This document shows, one piece after another, positions 15,420 to 23,655 of a stretch of DNA of 26,515 bases. The DNA lies in the NCBI GenBank assembly GCA_964444275.1, contig CAYUGD010000002.1:1-26515 (forward strand). Reading direction: 5' to 3'. This DNA comes from Candidatus Woesearchaeota archaeon (GTDB lineage: Archaea; Nanobdellota; Nanobdellia; Pacearchaeales; GW2011-AR1). The notes beneath the pieces are model-generated. The model saw nothing but the letters and a program-made list of their open reading frames with translations, ran no database searches and was not told where the DNA came from. Within the stretch, counting starts at the first letter, position 1. Each line of letters opens with the position of its first letter. Position numbers and translations under genes: made by a program.

Positions 15420-18299
15420 ATGTACATTAAAAAACTGGTGATGAAGGGTTTCAAGAGTTTTCCCAAAAAAACAGAGATTCCTTTTATGCCTGGGATAAAC
15501 GTGATTCTTGGACCTAACGGCAGCGGCAAGTCAAATATTTCAGACGCGATATGTTTTGTTCTGGGGCGACTTAGTGTAAAATCAATGCGGGTCGCAAAAG
15601 CCAAAAACCTGATTTTCATGGGAACAAAAGCAGCATCTCCTTCAAAAGAAGCAAGTGTCGAACTGGTCTTTGACAATTCTAACAAAACTTTTTCTCTTGA
15701 TAAAAAGGAAATCTCAATAAAAAGAATTGTGAGAAAGAGCGGGCAGAGCATCTATAAAATAAATGATGAGAAAAAGACAAGACAGGAAGTTCTGGCATTA
15801 CTGGCTCAGGCAGGGATAGACCCTCAAGGATTTAACATAGTCCTACAGGGCGAGATTCAAAATTTCGTAAGAATGCACTCGGAAGAAAGAAGACAAGTAA
15901 TCGAGGAAGTTTCAGGAATTTCTGTCTACGAATCGAAAAAACAAAAATCGCAGAGAGAGTTAGAGAAGACAGAAGAAAAACTTAAGTCAGTCAATTCGGT
16001 CCTCAGAGAAAGAACTTCTTATTTGAATAATCTAGAAAAAGAAAGACGGCAAGCCCTCAAATACAAAAAATTGAAGGAAGACGTAAAAAGATTGAAAGCA
16101 AGTATAATTTTTTATGGCCTCAAAAAGAAAAGAAAAGAATCCAAATTAATTAATAAAAAAATGCAGGAAAAAGATTCTGCGCTTGAGAAAACAAAAAAAT
16201 CTCTAGCAGATATTGAAACAGACATAAAAAATCTTAAGGCAAAAGCGGACAAAATTAATTCACAAATTCAGGGTTCTGCAGGCGTAGAGCAGGAGAGATT
16301 AAATCAGGAAATTGCAAATCTGCGAGCAGAACTTTCAGGAATAAATGTAAAACTCGAGAATCAGGAAACCAAACATAATAATTTATCAAAACAGAAACAA
16401 GAGCTCCGAGAAGCGATAAAAAAAGCAGAGAAGTCTATTAATGAACTGCAGAGAGAAAGTAAAGAAGCCCTGACGGAAAAGAAAAAATCGCAGGAAGTGG
16501 AAGAGAAAAAAAAGATTCTTGAAGAAATTGACGAGCAACGCAAAAAATTTTATATGACCAAGTCCAAGCTTTCATCTTTGAAAGAAAGAATCCGCGACAA
16601 AGAAATCTCTCTTAAAAATTACAATAACGAAGCCGATTCTCTTGTCCGGCAGTCAGAAGAGATTTCATTGGAAATTTTTGACCCAAAATCAAATCGGAAA
16701 AGACTAGACAAACTTAAAACTCTTTTCGCCGAGAAAAAAGAAGCCCTAAGCAGACTTTTGAAAAGAGAAATCGAACTCGAGAAGACTACTTCTGTCAATG
16801 AGTCCGAAATAGAAAATCATAAAAAAATCCTTGGGAAAGTTTCAAAGCTTGACGTCTGTCCTGTTTGCAAAAGTAAGATAACACCCGAACATTTGAAAGA
16901 AATAGAAAATGAATTTTTACCAAAGATAAAAAAACTTGAGAAAGAGGTGCAGGATTCTGACAGGGAATTGAAAATAATTTATCAAAAGAAAGAAATACTT
17001 ACTAAGGACATAGAGCAACTTACTGAGAAGATTTCCAGAACAGAGTCGGATATAAGTAAAATAAAAAGTATGAATGAAAAGAAATCGCAGATAAAAAAAC
17101 TTAAGGAAAAATCCGAGGAGGTTGAGAAAGAGTTGGTAGAGTTGATTAAGAAAAGAGAAAAGTTTGAAAAAATTCTTGAAGCCAGTTCAAACATTGAAAC
17201 AAAGTACGAGACTCTAAAAATTGAGATTCAGGAGATTTCTTCAAGGACAAAAGAGAACTTAAGTTCAGAGGTTGATTTCAAGAAAAGGGAGTTTGAGCGT
17301 TTGAAAATTTCTTTGAAACAGGCGGTGATAGACGACGAGGAAGTGAAAGAAGAGGTTGAATCTTTGAAGAAAATTGTTGAGGAGAAAGAGAAAGCACTAA
17401 CGGAAAAGAGGAGGCAGGAGGAAATTCTCAGCCAGAAATTTAAGAAGTTCATTTCTGAGAGAGATTCTATTTATTCCCAGGTGAGAGAAAAGGAATCCGA
17501 GGTCTTGGAACAACAGCACAAAATTCGTATGACAGAAGATGAAATTAACGAGTTGAAGATAGATAGGGCGAGAGTTGACGCAGAGACAGAGAACCTTGAG
17601 ACAGAGATGCTTGAATTTGAAGATGTTAGAGATAAGATAATTAAGAAAAAAAGCAAAGAGTCTCTTTCCGAAAAGCTTGCCAAAGTTCAGGATATTCTTT
17701 CAAGAATCGGGAGCGTGAACCTCCGCTCGCTGGAAGTTTATGACTCTATAAAAAAAGAATACGATTCAATAAAAGAAAAGGCAGAGATAATTTCCAAGGA
17801 AAAAGAAGGCATTTTGAAAATAATTGAGGAGATTGACAAAAAGAAGAAGAGGGCCTTCCTTAAAACGATGAAAACTTTGAACGAACTTTTCTCAAGGAAC
17901 TTTTCGCAATTAAGTATCAAAGGGCATGTTTTTCTTGAGCTTGAGAACAAGAAGGACCCTTTTGAACATGGCTCAGGCGTTCAGATAATTGTTAAAACAG
18001 GCCACGGAAAATATTTTGATGTGAAATCTCTGTCCGGCGGCGAGCAGACACTTGTGGCTCTCTCACTCATTTTTGCAATTCAGGAATACAGCCCTTATTA
18101 CTTTTATCTGCTCGACGAAATTGACGCAGCTCTTGACAAGAAAAACTCTGAGCGCCTCGCGGGTTTGTTAAATAAATATATGCAAAAAGGCCAATACATA
18201 GTTATCACACACAATGACGAAATAATCTCAAAAGCCACGAACCTTTACGGAATAAGCATGCACGACGGCATAAGCAAGATTGTCAGCTTGAAGGTTTGA
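15420..18299 (+). CDS. smc: Smc-family chromosome segregation ATPase, atypical: short, no hinge, central CPVC
   Basis: Smc-type head: YIKKLVMKGFKSF, Walker A GPNGSGKSN, DAICFVLG, Q-loop IVLQGEI, IGSVNLRS, signature LSGGEQ and Walker B/D-loop YLLDEIDAALD. Long coiled coils, with CPVC at residues 480-483 of 959. Confidence 0.85.
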   Translation: MYIKKLVMKGFKSFPKKTEIPFMPGINVILGPNGSGKSNISDAICFVLGRLSVKSMRVAKAKNLIFMGTKAASPSKEASVELVFDNSNKTFSLDKKEISIKRIVRKSGQSIYKINDEKKTRQEVLALLAQAGIDPQGFNIVLQGEIQNFVRMHSEERRQVIEEVSGISVYESKKQKSQRELEKTEEKLKSVNSVLRERTSYLNNLEKERRQALKYKKLKEDVKRLKASIIFYGLKKKRKESKLINKKMQEKDSALEKTKKSLADIETDIKNLKAKADKINSQIQGSAGVEQERLNQEIANLRAELSGINVKLENQETKHNNLSKQKQELREAIKKAEKSINELQRESKEALTEKKKSQEVEEKKKILEEIDEQRKKFYMTKSKLSSLKERIRDKEISLKNYNNEADSLVRQSEEISLEIFDPKSNRKRLDKLKTLFAEKKEALSRLLKREIELEKTTSVNESEIENHKKILGKVSKLDVCPVCKSKITPEHLKEIENEFLPKIKKLEKEVQDSDRELKIIYQKKEILTKDIEQLTEKISRTESDISKIKSMNEKKSQIKKLKEKSEEVEKELVELIKKREKFEKILEASSNIETKYETLKIEIQEISSRTKENLSSEVDFKKREFERLKISLKQAVIDDEEVKEEVESLKKIVEEKEKALTEKRRQEEILSQKFKKFISERDSIYSQVREKESEVLEQQHKIRMTEDEINELKIDRARVDAETENLETEMLEFEDVRDKIIKKKSKESLSEKLAKVQDILSRIGSVNLRSLEVYDSIKKEYDSIKEKAEIISKEKEGILKIIEEIDKKKKRAFLKTMKTLNELFSRNFSQLSIKGHVFLELENKKDPFEHGSGVQIIVKTGHGKYFDVKSLSGGEQTLVALSLIFAIQEYSPYYFYLLDEIDAALDKKNSERLAGLLNKYMQKGQYIVITHNDEIISKATNLYGISMHDGISKIVSLKV

Positions 18300-18747
18300 T
18301 TTTAAATTCCTCTCCCTCAATCTGTTTCCAGTATATCTCTGTGACTAAACTATAAAGTTCACTTATGGGGTGATTTATTACTTTTGAATCTGAATAAAAT
18401 TTTTCTATGTATTTACTACATAATTTATAGATAAAATATAAGGCGCCGTTAGGAGTGTTTGTTAGAGTAAGCCATTCTAGTTTTCCAAACTTGTAGTTAA
18501 ATGTCTCTGGTATCTCTTTCCAAAAATTTTTCAAATTTTTTTGCGACCGATTTTTTTGGAGAATATTTCCTCTGGATTTTTCTTTTTCAAATTTATGTTC
18601 ATTAAATAAAGGGTATATCTCTTTTTCAAACTTATTTTTTATATAATTTATTAACCATCTGCTTTCTTCTGATATGGCTCTTTCTATAATCTTGTCAATT
18701 CCATAATTAATAGAATTAGATATTGCTCTTTCCTTTTCATTTATCAT
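18283..18747 (-). CDS. Hypothetical protein (AT-rich ORFan)
   Basis: 154-aa ORF. TTTATAAA (18776-18769) ends 22 nt before the ATG. It overlaps the smc 3' end by 17 nt; no recognisable motif. Confidence 0.6.
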   Translation of the reverse strand: MINEKERAISNSINYGIDKIIERAISEESRWLINYIKNKFEKEIYPLFNEHKFEKEKSRGNILQKNRSQKNLKNFWKEIPETFNYKFGKLEWLTLTNTPNGALYFIYKLCSKYIEKFYSDSKVINHPISELYSLVTEIYWKQIEGEEFKIKPSS

Positions 18748-18808
18748 AATTTAAACTCTCAAAAAGATTTTATAAAGATTTATTTAGCCTACTATCTATT
18801 AGTTTGTT

Positions 18809-19438
18809 ATGAACAAAGAAGAACTCCTTCGAAGATTAAAAAAGATGGGTTTTTCAAAGAAGATTGTGAATGCTTTTTCTGATGTGAAGAGAGAGGATTT
18901 TATTCCAGAGGAGTTTGAAGAGCAGACATATGAAGACACCGCTCTTCCGATTGGCGACGGGCAGACAATTTCCCAGCCATACACAATCGCAGTAATGCTT
19001 TCTGAGCTTGATTTAAAGCCAGGCCAAAATGTTCTTGAAGTTGGCTCGGGCTCTGGATATGTTATGGCCCTGATGTCAAAAATTGTCGGAAAAAAAGGCA
19101 GGGTTTTTGGCCTGGAAGTGATCAAGGATTTAGCAAAAAAATCAAGAGAATCATTGGCAGAAGGAAATCACAGAAATGTGGAAGTTCATGCAAGAAACGG
19201 ATTTAATGGCTTTCCAGAGAAAGCCCCTTTTGACAGGATTTTGATAAGTGCCGCTGTTCGTGAGATACCTGAAGCTCTTTTAGAACAACTAAAAGATAGA
19301 GGAATTCTCGTGGCTCCGAAAGGCCCAAGATTTCAGCAGGATATTGTGGTGATTCAAAAACAAGGAGACAAATTTATTACAAAAAGTGAAATACCCGGAT
19401 TTATCTTTGTGCCCTTTGTTGAGGGTGGTGGGGATTAA
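18809..19438 (+). CDS. pcm: Protein-L-isoaspartate O-methyltransferase
   Basis: VKREDFIP, YEDTALPIGDGQTISQPY, VLEVGSGSGY, APFDRILISAA, LLEQLKDRGILVAP and FIFVP. Confidence 0.95.
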   Translation: MNKEELLRRLKKMGFSKKIVNAFSDVKREDFIPEEFEEQTYEDTALPIGDGQTISQPYTIAVMLSELDLKPGQNVLEVGSGSGYVMALMSKIVGKKGRVFGLEVIKDLAKKSRESLAEGNHRNVEVHARNGFNGFPEKAPFDRILISAAVREIPEALLEQLKDRGILVAPKGPRFQQDIVVIQKQGDKFITKSEIPGFIFVPFVEGGGD

Positions 19439-19824
19439 TCTTCTTCTAAAAGTCCTTCAATATCATTTGGAGAAATATTATATCCTTTTCCAAAAGAATC
19501 TTCTTTTCCCCAGTATTCATACTGAGGGCAATTGCTATAGTCTTTAGTACACCAAGAATTGTAAATTTTCTCTCTTAAATGTTTTACTACAAGCCCCCCT
19601 TCTGTCTCAAGAAGACGTATTTTACGATTAACATCTTCTGCCAATGCAGGAACTATTTTTTTTATTTCCCCAAGATATTTATTCATAAAATTATCTAATT
19701 CTGTTCTTTGTTTCCCATTTCTATACTTAATTTCATCCTCTAAAGAGAATAACAAGCCGTTAACAATACATCCTTTATTTAAATAAGGGCATTTTTCTTT
19801 TGATTCTTCACTTGGTGGTTCCAT
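19435..19824 (-). CDS. Hypothetical protein with four Cys (AT-rich ORFan)
   Basis: 129 aa with KCPYLNKGC and WCTKDYSNCPQY; SD-like AGGAG upstream. Confidence 0.6.
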   Translation of the reverse strand: MEPPSEESKEKCPYLNKGCIVNGLLFSLEDEIKYRNGKQRTELDNFMNKYLGEIKKIVPALAEDVNRKIRLLETEGGLVVKHLREKIYNSWCTKDYSNCPQYEYWGKEDSFGKGYNISPNDIEGLLEED

Positions 19825-19866
19825 TTTCTTTTCTCCTGTTTTTTATTTTATATGATTATTATCTCT

Positions 19867-20970
19867 TTATTTTGGAATAAATCCTATCCCAATTCCATAA
19901 AACTGCCCATCATCATTATACTTTGCTCTTAATTCTGGGATTACTGTTCCAAAATTAGTATTGATTCCTTTTGAAACTCTAGCAAAATATGTTTCACCTT
20001 CTGGTTGATATGTTAAATCCAGAGTTACCTTTCCATTGTAGCTTACACCGAACATTGGCTCAAGTTCTCTTAATGCAGTTGTGAAATAAGCTGTAATATC
20101 TTTTAAGTTTGCTCTTGCACCTATTTTAGTTTTTTCTAAATTTCTTAGATTTATTAAACTAGCAAGACCCCCATCTTTCATGCCTAAATCAACACTTAAG
20201 GTAAAATCAGAGGGGATACTCTCTTCATTTATCCACATCTTTGTAGCTTGTAATCCAAGATTAAGGTTTCCTTTTTTAGTTGCAATATTTCCTTGTAGCA
20301 ACTTAATATCATTTTGAGAGTCTGTCCATCCTAAAATGTAAGCGCTATTATCTTTTTGTTTACCAAGGGGAACACTGCCAACTATCCATTTGTCTTTATT
20401 TACATCAAAACAAACTTTATAATACTGAACAGGCACCTGTCTAGAATCACTTGTAAGATCTGCTGAGTTGCCGGCAAATACTTTATTTGATCCTAAAAAC
20501 ATTCCTCCAATTAATCCTAGAAATATCGCGTTCTCTTTTGTTTTGTCTTTTATTTCCCTCATTGCAATTTTCCGTAAACTCTTTCTGGCAACCTGAGTTT
20601 CATATCCAACTCTTTTATTGATTAACTCTTTTAGTGCTGGCTTGATTTTACCTTCACCAAAAACACCTAGAGCCTCAGCAGCATCTCTTCTGACCTCATA
20701 GAATTCATCATCAAGTGCTTCAATAAGATAAGGAATTGATCTTTTATCCCTAATATTTCCTAATTCGATAGCGGCTAATTTACGATTACTTTCATATTCA
20801 TCATTTTTTAAAGCCCATACTAGAGGTAAAGTAGCATCCTTGTTACCTATTTCCCCTAATCTCACTATTGCTCTTTCACGAGCAATAAAACTATCACTAT
20901 CTATATTTTTAGTATATTCGCTAATCTTTTTTTCAAGATTTTCCTTTTCTGAGATTGTTTTTGTCTCCAT
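19867..20970 (-). CDS. HEAT/PBS-lyase repeat protein fused to a hydrophobic segment and a beta-rich C-terminal domain
   Basis: Repeats RERAIVRLGEIG, RKLAAIELGNIRD and RRDAAEALGVFG. Internal AIFLGLIGGMFLGSNKVFA segment. C-terminal alternating strands ending FYGIGIGFIPK. Confidence 0.7.
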   Translation of the reverse strand: METKTISEKENLEKKISEYTKNIDSDSFIARERAIVRLGEIGNKDATLPLVWALKNDEYESNRKLAAIELGNIRDKRSIPYLIEALDDEFYEVRRDAAEALGVFGEGKIKPALKELINKRVGYETQVARKSLRKIAMREIKDKTKENAIFLGLIGGMFLGSNKVFAGNSADLTSDSRQVPVQYYKVCFDVNKDKWIVGSVPLGKQKDNSAYILGWTDSQNDIKLLQGNIATKKGNLNLGLQATKMWINEESIPSDFTLSVDLGMKDGGLASLINLRNLEKTKIGARANLKDITAYFTTALRELEPMFGVSYNGKVTLDLTYQPEGETYFARVSKGINTNFGTVIPELRAKYNDDGQFYGIGIGFIPK

Positions 20971-21016
20971 TTTTCCTTATTTTATATTTTTTAATGTGAG
21001 AAGAAGGCGAAAGTTA

Positions 21017-21047
21017 AATAATAAAAAAATAAAAAACAAAAATAAAA
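21017..21047 (-). terminator. Oligo-T terminator-like tract after the surface protein gene
   Basis: Minus strand TTTTATTTTTGTTTTTTATTTTTTTATTATT directly follows the TAG at 21050-21048. Confidence 0.5.
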
Positions 21048-22268
21048 CTAGTAATAACTTTCGCTGAATTCTTCAGTTTTTTCAGGCTTTTTTCCGAGCA
21101 AGACAATTAGAACAACCAGCAATACAATAAAGATTATTGCCAGAACAATTGTCAAGACAACGATTGGGCTTGTAACTGTTCCATCAACTGTTTCTGTGAA
21201 GCTAACTGTTTCAACGAGCTTTCCGTCCATTCCGAAAACACTTACAGAATAAGTGTGTGTTCCGGAAACGTCAGAATCAGCATCTACTATCACAGTTTTG
21301 CTTGAACCTGCAGGAACTGAAACAAGAGTCTCAGACAAACTTACAGTCACATCATCTGTTGACTGAGGAACAAGTCTGTAAACAACGATTTCGTTTGTAG
21401 GGTTCACAATCAAAAGCTTTCCGTCAGAAACGATGAAGTTTCCGTCAGGGAAAGAGTTCTTTGTGACAAGCTGGACTGCTTTGCTTGAAACAGTATCTTC
21501 ATTTTCTACCTCTACTTCAAGCGCATAAACACCTGGCTCAGCATCATACGGCATTTGAAGGAAAATTCTTCCTGTAACAGTGTCTCTTTCATCTTCAAAA
21601 CACTTTCTTGTAATGTTGACGCCCCAGTTTTCTTCAGCAGATTCTGCTTCATCATCGCATCTAAGAGCGACAATGTCTCCGAAAAAAGATGTTCTTTCAA
21701 CACCCAAAGCAGATACTTTTGCTGTTACGAACAAGTCTTCCAAGTCGTTGTAACCAAGGTTCTTCAGAACAATGTCAACCGGGAAAAGTTCTCCGGCGTT
21801 AACTTTCTGAGGAACTTCTACAGACAAAATGTCCACGCTGTACGATTCTCTCTGAATCCTTAGAGTGTAACTTTCTGAAGTTTCGTAACCGCTTCCGCTT
21901 ATATCGATGTTAAGACTTGCATCGCCGCTAAGCGAATCTCTAAGGTCAAAAGGAACCTCAAGGACAAGTGTCTTGTGGTATCTGTTTCCGGCTTCAACAT
22001 CAAAAAGAGATGTTTCTGCGTCCACGTCTTTTCTGTCGCCTTCAAGCTCTACTTCAATTGTAACATCCTGCGTGTTAACAAGTGCATCAAATTCAACTCT
22101 TACTAAAATTGTTTCTCCAACAACTATTGAAGCATTGTCATTAACGTCAATTCCGTTAACTTCAACAGTAATTGGGTCTTCTGCAATTTCAGCAGCGCTT
22201 ACAGTGTTGGCTACAAAGAGTACGCCTACAAGCACCATGAAAAAAACCAAAAGTTTTTTCATATTCAT
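21048..22268 (-). CDS. Cell-surface / S-layer-like Ig-fold protein with signal peptide and C-terminal TM anchor
   Basis: Signal peptide KKLLVFFMVLVGVLFVANTVSA. Acidic beta-rich repeats (DIVLKNLGYNDLEDLFVTAKV, APGVYxLEVEV). Strong C-terminal TM followed by KKPEK. The S-layer label is an inference. Confidence 0.65.
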   Translation of the reverse strand: MNMKKLLVFFMVLVGVLFVANTVSAAEIAEDPITVEVNGIDVNDNASIVVGETILVRVEFDALVNTQDVTIEVELEGDRKDVDAETSLFDVEAGNRYHKTLVLEVPFDLRDSLSGDASLNIDISGSGYETSESYTLRIQRESYSVDILSVEVPQKVNAGELFPVDIVLKNLGYNDLEDLFVTAKVSALGVERTSFFGDIVALRCDDEAESAEENWGVNITRKCFEDERDTVTGRIFLQMPYDAEPGVYALEVEVENEDTVSSKAVQLVTKNSFPDGNFIVSDGKLLIVNPTNEIVVYRLVPQSTDDVTVSLSETLVSVPAGSSKTVIVDADSDVSGTHTYSVSVFGMDGKLVETVSFTETVDGTVTSPIVVLTIVLAIIFIVLLVVLIVLLGKKPEKTEEFSESYY

Positions 22269-22331
22269 TTTTTCTTGTGTAATTTATTTAGGGTGAAGAC
22301 TAAGTCTTCTAATTAACTCACTGTAAAGTCC

Positions 22332-22339
22332 CTTATAAA
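22332..22339 (-). promoter_or_regulatory. TATA box of the surface protein gene
   Basis: TTTATAAG preceded by A-rich sequence. The predicted TSS near 22310 gives a ~40-nt leader. Confidence 0.55.
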
Positions 22340-22375
22340 CTTTATTGTGATAACATAAAATATTCATTATGTAGT

Positions 22376-22398
22376 ACTAAATGTTAGTAACATTTAGT
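22376..22398. promoter_or_regulatory. Perfect 11-1-11 inverted repeat, candidate operator
   Basis: ACTAAATGTTA-G-TAACATTTAGT. Confidence 0.5.
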
Positions 22399-22416
22399 TA
22401 ATTGTCTAATAATTTG

Positions 22417-23211
22417 CTATTTACCGACGAGAGTTTGAGAAATTGCCAAACCGAGGATAGAATCTTTCAAAGGGTCCGGGCTTTCGTTTATTATAATTAT
22501 TTCTTTGTTTTTTGAAATTCTGGACAGGTTTTTGAGGAGTTTTTTCCACTCTCTTTCCTTTGTCTTCCTGTGCCGCTTCTCGCCTTTTTTTCCGTAAACA
22601 ATTCCAGAAAAGTGAATGTGTAGTTCTTTGTGATTTCTGAATTTTTTTAATATTTCTTTAAATTTATACGTTTTGTATCTTGCGAGAATGTGCGCGAAGT
22701 CGATGCAGAAAGCGCAGCCAGTGTCCTTAACAAGATTCGCGATTTCATCAATGCTTCCAAAAACATTAACTTTGCCTGTGGTTTCCGGCGCTAGCTTGGG
22801 CGTGTATTTTTTATCTCTAATTTCTTTTTTTATTTCCAGAATATTCTTTTTTATATTTTCATAAGTTTCTTCTCTGCTTTTCTTTCCGTAATATCCTGGG
22901 TGAAAAACAACTCTGTAAGCGCCAAGCCAAGTCCCAACTTCGCAGCATCTTAGAATTCTCTCTTTACTTTTTTTAATTACGTTCTTGTCATCAGAATTAA
23001 GATTAATCCAGTATGGAGCGTGAATACTGAGCTTTATACCAAGCTTTTTCGCCGCCCTGCCGATTTTTCTCGCGTCTTCTTTTTTCTTAATGTAGGCGCT
23101 ATAAGTGAATTCAACCTCGCACGCTTTGAGTCCAAACGCAGAATAAGTCTCCAAATTTAAGATAGCCTTTTTCACTCCGCCCAAGCCCGCAGGCCCGAAT
23201 TTTATTGTCAT
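22417..23211 (-). CDS. nfo: Endonuclease IV-family (AP endonuclease 2) TIM-barrel protein
   Basis: Metal-ligand motifs SIHAPYWINL, VVFHPG, APETTGK, CIDFAH, HIHFSG and EKRH. Confidence 0.85.
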   Translation of the reverse strand: MTIKFGPAGLGGVKKAILNLETYSAFGLKACEVEFTYSAYIKKKEDARKIGRAAKKLGIKLSIHAPYWINLNSDDKNVIKKSKERILRCCEVGTWLGAYRVVFHPGYYGKKSREETYENIKKNILEIKKEIRDKKYTPKLAPETTGKVNVFGSIDEIANLVKDTGCAFCIDFAHILARYKTYKFKEILKKFRNHKELHIHFSGIVYGKKGEKRHRKTKEREWKKLLKNLSRISKNKEIIIINESPDPLKDSILGLAISQTLVGK

Positions 23212-23304
23212 GTTTTTTTCCAGAAAACAAGAGAATAAAAAATTAACTGTTTTAAGATATAAAAGAACATAAAAATTTATATAATCGCTGTTATTTTGAT
23301 TTTT

Positions 23305-23649
23305 ATGTTTAGAAGTCTGCCCTATAAAGATTCAAAGATGTTAGAATTATTAGAAGAATTAGACATTAAAAGATATACTCTTCGTCATGACCCGATATGG
23401 GGGCCTAAGGTTTTTTTTAGCAACCCTAAAGATTATTACAGGCTTGTAAAGAAGTTAAGTCTAAAAAGCACGAAGATACGTACTGCCCCTGATTATGTTG
23501 ATGTATTATTAGAAAAATTAGATACTACTTGTCACGGTTGGACTTTTCAAACAGTAATTGGAAAAGATGCAGTCTCTAAAGATATTACAAATAAATTAAA
23601 AAAAGAAAAATTATTGCGAAAGAAAACTCTATATATTGAGTATATATAA
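23305..23649 (+). CDS. Hypothetical protein (AT-rich ORFan)
   Basis: TTTATATA (23276-23283) ends 22 nt before ATG23305, favouring it over TTG23296; no recognisable motif. Confidence 0.6.
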   Translation: MFRSLPYKDSKMLELLEELDIKRYTLRHDPIWGPKVFFSNPKDYYRLVKKLSLKSTKIRTAPDYVDVLLEKLDTTCHGWTFQTVIGKDAVSKDITNKLKKEKLLRKKTLYIEYI

Positions 23650-23655
23650 TTTTTT

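Noticed and set aside
15420-18299. Annotation as plain Rad50/SbcC
   Set aside because: The head motifs are Smc-like (FKSF, FVLG, VNLRS, DEIDAALD) and no mre11 is adjacent. Kept as an atypical Smc pending phylogeny.
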